DNA of 64,000 nt from Gemmatimonadota bacterium (GTDB lineage: Bacteria > Gemmatimonadota > Gemmatimonadetes > Longimicrobiales > Gaopeijiaceae): the NCBI GenBank assembly GCA_028874995.1, contig JAPPGM010000147.1:4545-68544 (forward strand). The letters run 5' to 3'. A program made the position numbers and the translations under genes. Numbering within the stretch: position 1 is the first letter of the stretch; the number at the start of each line of letters is the position of its first letter. Under the pieces are notes generated by a model. The model saw only the letters and a program-made list of their open reading frames with translations. It was not told where the DNA came from and did no database searches. Shown in pieces: positions 8,534 through 17,500 of this stretch.

Positions 8534-10857
8534 AACCGGAACTCCACGCCAAAGAAGGGTAGCATCGGCATTTGAGGCAGGTACACCTGGTCGATGATGC
8601 CGGCGCGGTCGCTCACCACGTCACGATCAAGGTTGGGCTCCGCGACCGCCGCCACCACGTTCGGCAAGCTGAAGAGGTTGGCAATGCTCACGAAGGGAGT
8701 GACCGAGCCGCCTCCGAACCAGGACACATCGCTGCTGTGTCGCCAGCCGACATCGAGCCGTACGTAGGGTGGGAGTCTCGCCGAATTATACTCCCCTCCG
8801 AAGGCCACCAAATCGCGGGACCCGGAGTTGTAGGTCACGTATGGTGCCACAGCCAGAATCGGGGTGGTCGGCTGTCCCGATCGCGCCGACACGCGACCGG
8901 ACCATGAGGACCCACCCCCCTCGATCGCTACACCAAACTCGAATTCATGATCGCGGTGAAGGCGGGGCGTGAAGGTCTCGTCGCCCACCGTGCGCGAGAC
9001 CCTGCTCCAGCGGTAGCTCCCGAGGGTCGCAACCGGTCCCCGGGCCCAGTTCCAGGAAGCCTCGATGCCCCGCGCCGCGCCGCCGGCCACCTTGCGCCGT
9101 CCCGGATCGCCCAGTGTTGTCGCCCCGAGCGGATTGGTTCCCAGCTCGGGTACGCGGAGGTTTTCCAGTTCTCGCAGGAATGCGTCCAGCCGCAGGCTGA
9201 GGAATCCGCGCTCCGCTTCCCACCCGACCGAGACTTCGGTGTTGCGCGGAACGGGGCCCTCGACGACCGGGGCCAGCAGGTCGTAGGCGAGGAAGCTTGC
9301 CCCGACCGACTCTTCATCTCGCATTGATGACAGTGATTGGTGCGATCGGGCCGCGAGGAGACGCGCCCGCCACCACGAGCCCGAGTAGCCGAGTTCGGCA
9401 AAGGGCGCCAAGGTGGTCGCCAGCCGCGTGAAATGGTCCAGCCGCAATCCCACACGCGAAGACCATCGTGGACCCATGCCGACATCCACGCTCGAATATG
9501 CCGCGAGTCGCCACTGGGCCGCCCGCACGTGCAGAGACGACAGTATGATCTGTTGCAGGTGCCTGTGCTCATCGTCCACCGCGAAGTTGTGGTCGGCGCT
9601 GAAACCGGTGGCCTGAACGCCGACCGTCGCGGTGGTATGGTCCGTGTAGCGGGTCACGCGCACGTCCGCCCGGTGTTCGCTCATGAACCCGTTGCCAAGG
9701 ATCACCGTGTCTTCGGGCGGCTCATAGGCTCCTCCAGGGAGTCTGGCGACCAGCGTGCGGCCGCCGCCAAGCCCAAGGATGTTGCTGGAAAAGCGGCTGT
9801 GCCCGACCGTCGCGTCAACCAGGGTGGCCGGGCCGAGCCGTTGGCGGTAGTGGGCCGCTACGGCGGCGTTGCCCCAATCAAGTTTGGCGGTCTCCTTGAA
9901 TTCTTCGTCAAGGTTGTCGAATGCCTCCGAGTTGATGTAGCCCGTGACCGAGAGGCGGCGAACACCCCCGAAGTCCTTCGTGAACTTCGCGTGCAGGTCG
10001 TCGAACGCGTACGGGATCACTGCCTCCGTCGCGCCGAACCCCCTGAGTCCCGAGAAGATGAGGTCGATGTAGGTTCGGCGGCCGTCGACGATGAAAGATG
10101 CGCTCTCACCGATCGGGCCCTCCACCGCGAGCCGCGATGAGGCGAGGCCCAACGAGCCCGTCACGCGCCGGCGGTCCCGGGCGCCGTCACGGGTCTGGAT
10201 TTCGATCGCCCCCGACAACGATCCGAGAGGCTGTGCCCCGTCGCCGGAGCTGGTCAGGAGAGTCGCCCGTTCCACGGCCTCTGCGTTTACAGCCGAAAGG
10301 AAGCCCCCAAGGTGATGGGGACTGAACAAACGCACCCCGTCGAGCATGACGGGTGTCTCCGCGCTGGTACCGCCCCGGATGTAGGGAATCGAGATCCAAT
10401 CCGACGGGGCCGAGGCGGACGGCGACATGGCGACCGCTCGCAGCGCGTCGGTCTCGAGAATCGCGGGTATCATCCGCATAAACGCTGTGTCGACGACGAA
10501 AGCGTCTCTCGACCGCGAGATCGGGTTTCCCACCTGCCCGCGAACGTTCACGACGATTGAGTCGATCGGGACCGGGTCGGGTCGCAACAACACTAGCAGT
10601 TCCCCGGGCGGGAGCTCGGAGTACGACCTGACCCACGTCGAATAGCCGGAGGCATCGACTTCCACTCGAACCGCTCCCGCCGGGGCGTTCGCCACGACGA
10701 ATGCGCCGAAGCGGTCGGAATCGGCCGAGGCCGTCGGGCCGTCCGGGACCGAGACGGTGATGCGTGCGAACCCTACCGGCTCAAGACTGACACTGTCGCG
10801 CACGACGCCGGAGACGGGCGCCTGCTGAATGAGGGCAAGCAACAGCGCCGTAGTCAT
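8530..10857 (-). CDS. TonB-dependent outer-membrane receptor with an N-terminal carboxypeptidase-regulatory-like domain
   Basis: 775 aa. It has the VSGVVRDSVSLEPVGFARITV beta-sandwich, the plug motif IPYIRGGTSAETPVMLDGVRLFSP, a long barrel, and a C-terminal FFGVEFRF with terminal Phe. Confidence 0.85.
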   Translation of the reverse strand: MTTALLLALIQQAPVSGVVRDSVSLEPVGFARITVSVPDGPTASADSDRFGAFVVANAPAGAVRVEVDASGYSTWVRSYSELPPGELLVLLRPDPVPIDSIVVNVRGQVGNPISRSRDAFVVDTAFMRMIPAILETDALRAVAMSPSASAPSDWISIPYIRGGTSAETPVMLDGVRLFSPHHLGGFLSAVNAEAVERATLLTSSGDGAQPLGSLSGAIEIQTRDGARDRRRVTGSLGLASSRLAVEGPIGESASFIVDGRRTYIDLIFSGLRGFGATEAVIPYAFDDLHAKFTKDFGGVRRLSVTGYINSEAFDNLDEEFKETAKLDWGNAAVAAHYRQRLGPATLVDATVGHSRFSSNILGLGGGRTLVARLPGGAYEPPEDTVILGNGFMSEHRADVRVTRYTDHTTATVGVQATGFSADHNFAVDDEHRHLQQIILSSLHVRAAQWRLAAYSSVDVGMGPRWSSRVGLRLDHFTRLATTLAPFAELGYSGSWWRARLLAARSHQSLSSMRDEESVGASFLAYDLLAPVVEGPVPRNTEVSVGWEAERGFLSLRLDAFLRELENLRVPELGTNPLGATTLGDPGRRKVAGGAARGIEASWNWARGPVATLGSYRWSRVSRTVGDETFTPRLHRDHEFEFGVAIEGGGSSWSGRVSARSGQPTTPILAVAPYVTYNSGSRDLVAFGGEYNSARLPPYVRLDVGWRHSSDVSWFGGGSVTPFVSIANLFSLPNVVAAVAEPNLDRDVVSDRAGIIDQVYLPQMPMLPFFGVEFRF

Positions 10858-11028
10858 GAGCCCAAGGTGGTATCGTGTTCGGCTCGGACCTGCGGAGAGC
10901 GCGGCCGATCATGTGGTTGGCCACCGCTCCGACTGGATTGGGGGTACTTTTCCAACGCTCTCGACCCGTCTGAGGGGGTAGACGGGGGTTGCCAGCTGAG
11001 GGCCGAATCCTTCCCTGTCAACCCCTTA

Positions 11029-11056
11029 GCGAGAAAATACCTTCGCGAGAAAATAC
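11029..11056. repeat. Direct repeat GCGAGAAAATAC x2 with 16-bp period in the receptor upstream region
   Basis: ttaGCGAGAAAATACcttcGCGAGAAAATACgccattagc lies about 170-200 nt upstream of the TonB receptor start. It is an AT-rich patch in GC-rich DNA. Confidence 0.5.
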
Positions 11057-11177
11057 GCCATTAGCCGACGGAGTATTACGCGAAACCTGAAGAACACCTC
11101 CGCAGAGCCCCCATTTGCCCCATCACGTAGGTCTGCACCGCCTTTAGGGGCGTCGATGCCATCGTGAACGGTTGATG

Positions 11178-13239
11178 CTACCCCGCCCCCCTCCTCCTCT
11201 CCAGCTCCGTCCTCACCTCCAGCGCACTCCCCTCCGTAATCGGATACATATACACCGCAAAGATCGCGATCCCCGACGCCACGAGCGGCACGAACGCATC
11301 ATAGAACCGCAGCCAGAAGATCGTCCCCTCGGGCTGGTTCGCCCCCAGCGCCGGATCCAGCCCGGTCGAGTACAGCAGGAACCCGCCGAGCAGGATCGCG
11401 AGACTCTGGCCGACCTTCACCACCCACCAGAAGACCGATCCGAACATTCCCTCGCGCCGCTCTCCGGTGCTGAGCTCGTCCAGGTCCACCACGTCCGCGA
11501 TCATCGACCCCATCAGGGTAAACAGCCCACCCAGACCGAAGGCCAGGAACGGGGCGGGGAGCAGCGCCAGCATGGGATAGTCCGGCGTATAGCAGAACCA
11601 CTTCAGCGCATAGCCGAACATCGAGATGCCGGTCGACACGAAGAAGGCGTTCTTCTTCCCGATCTTCGTCCCGAGCCAGGTCACCATGACGATCACCAGG
11701 AAGCCGGCGACGATCCCCAGTGTGCCGACCAGTCCCGCCAGCCCCGCCCCCTCCCCGATATTCCCCCCGGAGATGTAGAAGGCGAAGACCCAGAACTGGA
11801 ACTGGGAGATCATGATGAAGCTGTTGAAGATCAGGAAGGTCGCGATGCAGAGCATCAGGAACGGACCGGGTCTTCACCGTCTGCCACAGGCCCCGCAGGA
11901 ACTCCATCACGCTTTGCCCGAAGGTGGGGCCATCCGCGTCGGCGTCCTTGTCGCCGCCACCCGCGTGCATGCGTTCGCGCAGGAAGATCGCGGGGATCAC
12001 ACCCAACGCGATGGTCGTCACGCAGATCGCGACGGCCAGGAAGCGGGCCCCGGCCATCTGGTTTCGGAACCAGGCCGCGTTGGTCATGATCACGAGGAAC
12101 CAGGGCCCGATCACGAACGCAATGTTCGAGACGAAGTTCTGCACGCCCATCAGGCGCGTGCGCTCGTTGTAGTCGGGGGTGAGTTCGTACCCGAGCGCGA
12201 CCCACGGCGTGGCGAAGACGGTGTAGGCGAGGAAGAAGATCAGCGACCCGATCAGGAAGTACCAGAAGTAGTAGCCCTGGCTTCGCCCCTCGCCCGTAGG
12301 CTCCGGAGTCCAGATGTCCATGTGGACGTGCGTCATCCCGTGGGCGTCGACCGGGGTTTCGCCGAAGTCGATCGCGGCGAAGCGCATGCCGGTGTAGTGC
12401 TTGACGTCATCGTCGGCCGCCTGCGCGTCGGCCACCTCGGACTCGTCCCACTCGGTGGACCAGAACTGGACGGGGACGTCGTCGTAGGCGCCGGAGAAGA
12501 AGGAGATGACGTCTTCGGCCGGCACCGTGGGCGTGGGGGCGGCGGTGGACGGCGCCGTGGCTCCATCCACGTCCTCACCCGTGGGCTCCGCACGTGTGGT
12601 ATCGTCGGTGCGGTAGAGGTAGACGTTGTCGACGTAGACTTCGGTCAGGTCTCCCGAAATCAGGATCTGTGAGAGGTGCTCGCGGGTGGAAAGCTGGTCG
12701 AAGTCGGTGAGCGGAACGTCAACGCTCACCCAACCGCCGGTCAACAGGGCCGGGGGCAGGATGGTGACTTCGTCCTCGACATCGTCGATCAACTCGACCG
12801 TAACGATCCCCTTCAGCGAGTTCCCGACAGACTCCAGGAACCCGACCGGCTCACCGGTCTCGCCGCCGCTGTAGACGCCGTCGGCTCCGTAGTCGACCAG
12901 CTTGAGGCGGAACTGGGTCGGCGCCGGCATCTGCCAGAGCAGCGCGAAGATGATCCCGGACGCGATCGCTCCCACGAACAGGAACGGCCGCCGCCGCCCC
13001 CAGCGCGACTTCGTCTTGTCCGATATGAAACCGACAAGGGGATCGGTGATCGCATCGAAAGCCCGCGGCAGGCTGCCGAGCAGGCCGACGGCCCGGAAGT
13101 CCATCCCCAGCGCCAGGGTCAGCACCACCATCATGTTGCCGATGCCCTGCGCCAGCAGGTTGTTGACGAACCCGCCGATGCCGTAGCAGACCTTGTGCGG
13201 GAACGATATGCGGTCTTTGGGCGCGGTCCGTTGGATCAC
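11178..13239 (-). pseudogene. GPH-family (MelB/YicJ-like) glycoside:cation symporter with a large periplasmic-loop insertion; reading frame broken by a 1-nt frameshift near 11860-11875
   Basis: The N-part (13239 down to about 11870) reads KVCYGIGGFVNNL...DAITDPLVGFISDKTKSRWGRRRPF, the GPH signature. The C-part (11855..11178, other frame) reads PFLMLCIATFLIFNSF...MIADVVDLDELSTGERREGMF. The two frames join at gtgaagacccggTccgttcctgatg, where removing one nt gives VKTRPFLML. This is either a sequencing error or a true frameshift. Confidence 0.75.
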
Positions 13240-13242
13240 GGG

Positions 13243-14133
13243 TCATTCGCTACGGAAGACGCGCACCCAGTCGACGAGCATGGTTTGCGGGAAGCTCGTG
13301 GACTCGTCGGGCGGGCCGACGAAGCCGCCTCCCACGGCGACATTCAGCAGGATGAAGAAGGGGTGGTCGAAGACCCACTCGCCGCTGGGTTCGTCGCGGT
13401 CGACCGTGTGGTACAGTTCGCCGTCCACGAACCAGTCGATGCCCTCTTCGTCCCACTCGATACCGAAGACGTGGAAGTCCGTGTCGAAACGGGCGCCGGA
13501 GAGGACGTAGCGGCCGGTGACACCCGCGCTGGCGGAGTAGCCGGGCCCGTGGATGGTGCCGATCACAACGCTCGGCTCCTGGCCGCGGTACTCCATGATG
13601 TCGATCTCGCCGCACTGCGGCCAGCTCACCGTGTCGATGTCGTTGCCCAGCATCCAGAAGGCGGGCCAGATCCCCTGCCCGGTGGGCAGCTTGATGCGCG
13701 CCTCGAAGCGTCCGTGGGTCTGTTCGAAGAGCCCTTGGGTCTTGATGCGGCCGGAGGTGTAGGCGCTTCCCATGTAGGACTCCTCGCGCGCCGTGATCGC
13801 CAGGTTGCCGTTGCCGTCGAGCGACACGTTCTCGGGGCGGTCGGTGTCGTACTCCAGCTGCTGGTTGCCCCAGTCGGTGCCGATGTCGAAGGCCCAGTTG
13901 GCGGCGCTAGGGAGCTGTTCGGCGGGTCCGTCGAACTCGTCGCTCCAGACCATTTGCCAGGTGGGATCGTCCCCGTCGGCTCCGCATGCCGGGAGGAGCA
14001 GGGGGATGAAGAGCGGGGCGACCTTCGCCAGCGGTCCGTGGATGATGGCGGGGGGCTTCTTTCCCCGAGCTGCCAAGTGTGTCGTGCGCGTGCGCCGGGC
14101 GGATGATGTCGGGAAGAGCGCTGTTCGTTTCAT
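13243..14133 (-). CDS. GH16 endo-beta-1,3-glucanase (laminarinase-type) lipoprotein
   Basis: Start at ATG 14133 (MKRTALF...LLLPACGADG). Motifs WSDEFDG, GRFEARIKLP, WPAFWMLG, the catalytic GEIDIMEY (E-x-D-x-x-E), and a C-terminal MLVDWVRVF. The 595-aa track ORF is a shadow extension. Confidence 0.9.
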   Translation of the reverse strand: MKRTALFPTSSARRTRTTHLAARGKKPPAIIHGPLAKVAPLFIPLLLPACGADGDDPTWQMVWSDEFDGPAEQLPSAANWAFDIGTDWGNQQLEYDTDRPENVSLDGNGNLAITAREESYMGSAYTSGRIKTQGLFEQTHGRFEARIKLPTGQGIWPAFWMLGNDIDTVSWPQCGEIDIMEYRGQEPSVVIGTIHGPGYSASAGVTGRYVLSGARFDTDFHVFGIEWDEEGIDWFVDGELYHTVDRDEPSGEWVFDHPFFILLNVAVGGGFVGPPDESTSFPQTMLVDWVRVFRSE

Positions 14134-15365
14134 CGGGCCTTCACTCCCGGAAAGAGGCTTGGGTCGGCGAGGGCGGCGACCAGCACGTGGGTGGCGGCGC
14201 CGAGGGCCGTCGCACGCGGGCCGAGCTCGCTGGTACGGATATCTGAAGCCGCGGCCGAGGCCACCAGGGTCCGGCTGGCCACGGCCTCCTTGAGCGGTTT
14301 GACCAGCCGGTCGCCGAGCCGGGCCAGACTGCCGCCCAGGATCACCGAGCCGGGGTTCATCAGGTTGAGGACGCCGGCGATCACGATGCCCAGGTTGCGG
14401 GCGGCCTCGTCGACCACCTTGAGCGCGAGGGGATCGTCGGCCAGGGCGGCGTCTTCCAGGGCCCATATGTCGGGGTCGGTTCCAGCCAGCACACTCTGCG
14501 GGAAGTCGGACAGCAGCGTCCGGGTTCGCGCCACCAGCGCCCGGGTCCCCACGAACGTCGCCAGGCACCCCCGGTTTCCGCAGACGCACGGCGGTCCCCG
14601 CGGATCGATGGCCACGTGGCCGATCTCGCCGGCCACCCCGGTGGCGCCGCGGTAGATCTCGCCGTCGATCATCAGCCCGGCTCCGATCCCTGTCGCCACC
14701 TTCAGGTAGGCGAAGTCGTCGATTCCGACCGCCTTGCCCCAATGGTGTTCCGCGAGTGCGCCCAGGTTGGCGTCGTTGTCGAAGAAGACCGGGATGCCGA
14801 AATGCCCGCGCAGCTCTCCCAGCAAGTCGAATTCGTGCCAGGCGGGGAGGATGCGCTCGAGGATGCGGTAGGGCGAAAGGGGATCGACCGGACTGGGCAC
14901 CGCGACGCCGATCCCCATCGGATCGGGCGCGCCCGGTCCCCGCGCGGCCAGACACGCGTCTCCCAGCTTCACCGCCAACGCGGCCGTCCCGTGCGGGTCG
15001 CTCCGCACCGGATGGTTCTCCTCCCGCCACTCGAGGATTCGCCCGCGCAGATCCGTGAGCGCCACGGACACATGCGCGGCGCCGATGTCCACCCCGAGAA
15101 TCGTGCTCGCATCATCCCGGAATCCGATCAGGATGGGTCTCCTGCCCCCACGGCTCTCCCCGCTGCCCACCTCCTCGATGAGCCCCGTGGGCAGGAGGCG
15201 AGCCACCGCCTCGGAGATCGTGGAACGGGAACGGCCGGTGCGGCGCGCAATCTCGGCCCTGGAGACCTCCCGTCGCCGCCAGACGAACTCCAGCACCTCG
15301 TTGGCAAGACCGCCTTCGCGTGCAATGCCGGATCCGGACTGCTTCGCGCGCGTTGAAGTGGTCAT
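14130..15365 (-). CDS. ROK-family transcriptional regulator (NagC/XylR-like)
   Basis: 411 aa. N-terminal wHTH SRAEIARRTGRSRSTISEAVARLL, ROK sugar-kinase-like fold with GVDIGAAHV and DNDANLGALAEHWG, and the zinc motif GHVAIDP...CVCGNRGCLATF. The stop overlaps the GH16 start (ATGA). Confidence 0.9.
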   Translation of the reverse strand: MTTSTRAKQSGSGIAREGGLANEVLEFVWRRREVSRAEIARRTGRSRSTISEAVARLLPTGLIEEVGSGESRGGRRPILIGFRDDASTILGVDIGAAHVSVALTDLRGRILEWREENHPVRSDPHGTAALAVKLGDACLAARGPGAPDPMGIGVAVPSPVDPLSPYRILERILPAWHEFDLLGELRGHFGIPVFFDNDANLGALAEHHWGKAVGIDDFAYLKVATGIGAGLMIDGEIYRGATGVAGEIGHVAIDPRGPPCVCGNRGCLATFVGTRALVARTRTLLSDFPQSVLAGTDPDIWALEDAALADDPLALKVVDEAARNLGIVIAGVLNLMNPGSVILGGSLARLGDRLVKPLKEAVASRTLVASAAASDIRTSELGPRATALGAATHVLVAALADPSLFPGVKAR

Positions 15366-15410
15366 TGCTCTCCCCGTCAGGGATGCCCGATCAGAGCCGG
15401 CCGGCCGTCG

Positions 15411-17500
15411 CTACTTGCGCAGGTACACGTTGTCCAGGAACACCGTGTTCGGGTCTCCGGAGATGATCAACTGCGCAAGATGCCTGCGCGCCGCCAACCC
15501 GCTGAACTCCGAGAACGGGATGTCGTAGCTGACCCACATGCCCGTGGCGAGCGCCGGATCGGACGCTGCCGTCAGCGTCAGCTCGTGTTCGCTGTCGTCC
15601 CCTCCGCCGAAGGCGCCGTCGGCCCCGAAGTCCACCAGCTTGACCCGGAACGCCGCCGGATCGGCGGTGGGATCGGGGGTCCAGAAGTCGAAGCGAAAGT
15701 GGGTCATTTCGCCGGCGTCGATCGTCGACGAGGTGAATTCGATCCCGGCGAAGACGAGGTTGGTGTACTTCTTGACCGTGTCCCCCTGGATGTCGACATC
15801 CTCGACATCGGCCTGGTCCCACGATGCCGACCATGTGTCCACGGTCACATCCGTGTAGGCGTCGCTGAAGAGCGAGATGACGCTGTCGGCCGCGTGGGCC
15901 GGGGTCGGCGCGGGCTCGGTGGGCTCGTTGGGCGTGCCGTAGAAGTAGACGTTGTCCACGAAAACGGTGTTCGGGTCGCCCGAGATGATCATCTGGGCGA
16001 GGTGGGCGCGTTCGGCGAGCCCCTCGAAGGCTGAGAAGGGGATATCAAGGGCCACCCACCTGGCGGCGGCCAGCGCCGGATCGGTCTCGGCGGTGAAGGT
16101 CAGCTCGTGCTCGCTGTCGTCGCCTCCCTGGAAGCCTCCGTCGGCCCCGAAGTCCACGAGCTTCACGCGGAAGGCCGCAGGGGCGGCGGTCGCGTCCGGC
16201 GTCCAGATGTCCATGTGGAAATGGGTCGCGTCCGAAGCGTCCACGGTCTGTGACGTGAACTCGATGCCCGCGAAGACGAGGTTGGTGTACTTCTTCACTG
16301 CATCCCCCTGGACTTCCGTGTCCTCCACATCAGCCTGGTCCCACCCGGCCGACCAGGTGTCGACATTCGCGTCCTCGTAGGCATCGCTGTAGAGGGACAC
16401 GACGCTCGCAGCCGGATGCGTGGGCGTCGGGGCCGGCTCGGCGGGCTCCGTGGCCGCCGGGGAGTAGAAGTAGACATTGTCGACAAAGACCGTGTTCGGA
16501 TCACCCGAGATGATCATCTGCGCGAGGTGGGCGCGTTCGGCGAGCCCCTCGAAAGCGGAGAAGGGGACATCGAGACCCACCCACTCGGCGGTGGCAAGCG
16601 CGGGGTCGGTCTCCGCGGTGAAGGTCAGCTCGTGCTCGCTGTCGTCGCCCCCCTGGAAACCGCCGTCAGGCCCGAAGTCCACGAGCTTGACCCGGAAAGC
16701 CGCGGGCGCGTCGGTCCCGTCCGGGGTCCAGATGTCCATGTGGAAATGGGTCGCCGCGCCAGCGTCCACCGTCTGCGAGGTAAACTCGATCCCCGCGAAG
16801 ACCAGGTTGGTGTACTTCTTCATCCCGTTGTCGTCGATCGCCACGTCCTCCACGTCCGCCTGGTCCCACCCGGCCGACCAGGTGTCGACATTCGCGTCTT
16901 CGTACGCGTCGCTGTAGAGCGAGACGACGCTGCCGGCCGGATGGGCAGGCGTGGGCGCGGGCCTGGATGGTTCCGTGGGCCCCGGGGGTTCGGTGGTGAA
17001 GAAGAAGATGTTGTCGAGGTAGACCGTCGGACTCGCCCCCGAGATGATCAGCTGGGCCAGGTGACCCTTGTTCGCGAGTCCGGCGAAGTCGGTGAGGGGA
17101 ATGTCCAGCACGTTCCAGGCGCCGGCCCGGATGGGAGGCATCGAATTCTCGTCCAGTGTGATCTCGTGCTCGCTGTCGTCCCCTCCGCCGAAGACCCCGT
17201 TGCCGCCGAAGTCGACCAGCTTGATGCGGAAGGCGGACGCATCATTCGTCCACAGGTCCACGTGCATGGTGGTCATCCTCGAGGCGTCGACGGGCTGCGA
17301 GGTGAACTCGATGCCGGCGTAGTTCAGGTTGGTGTACTTCTTGGCCCCGTTGCCCGCGATCGCCACGTCCTCGACGTCGGCCTGGTCCCACTCCGCCGAC
17401 CAGGTGTCCACGTGCACGTCGTCGTAGGCGTCGCTGAAGAGGGAGATCACGTCTTCGGCGGGGATGGTCGGGGTGGGCGGCGGCTCGCGTGGCGGCTCGG
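15411..17500. repeat. Four in-frame tandem repeats of about 525 bp inside the lipoprotein gene
   Basis: Repeat landmarks (gtagaagtagac.ttgtc.ac.aa.ac.gtgttcgg) occur at 15414, 15939, 16464 and about 16995, giving periods of 525/525/531 bp. The two middle copies are roughly 85-90% identical at protein level by eye. Confidence 0.85.

Noticed and set aside
10858-11030. Cobalamin or TPP riboswitch upstream of the TonB receptor
   Set aside because: AGGGAA and GC.GC.ACCCCCG fragments are reminiscent of the cobalamin class. However, I could not find the B12 box (GCCACTG context) or the GGTG.AAATCC element, nor the TPP CTGAGA/ACCTGATCTGGATAATGCCAGCG core. I kept it only as an unclassified structured leader.
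13243-15030. The 595-aa ORF suggesting a much larger GH16 protein
   Set aside because: Only the last 296 codons (from ATG 14133, with a lipoprotein signal) look like GH16. The upstream part is low-complexity and overlaps the well-supported ROK gene in another frame.
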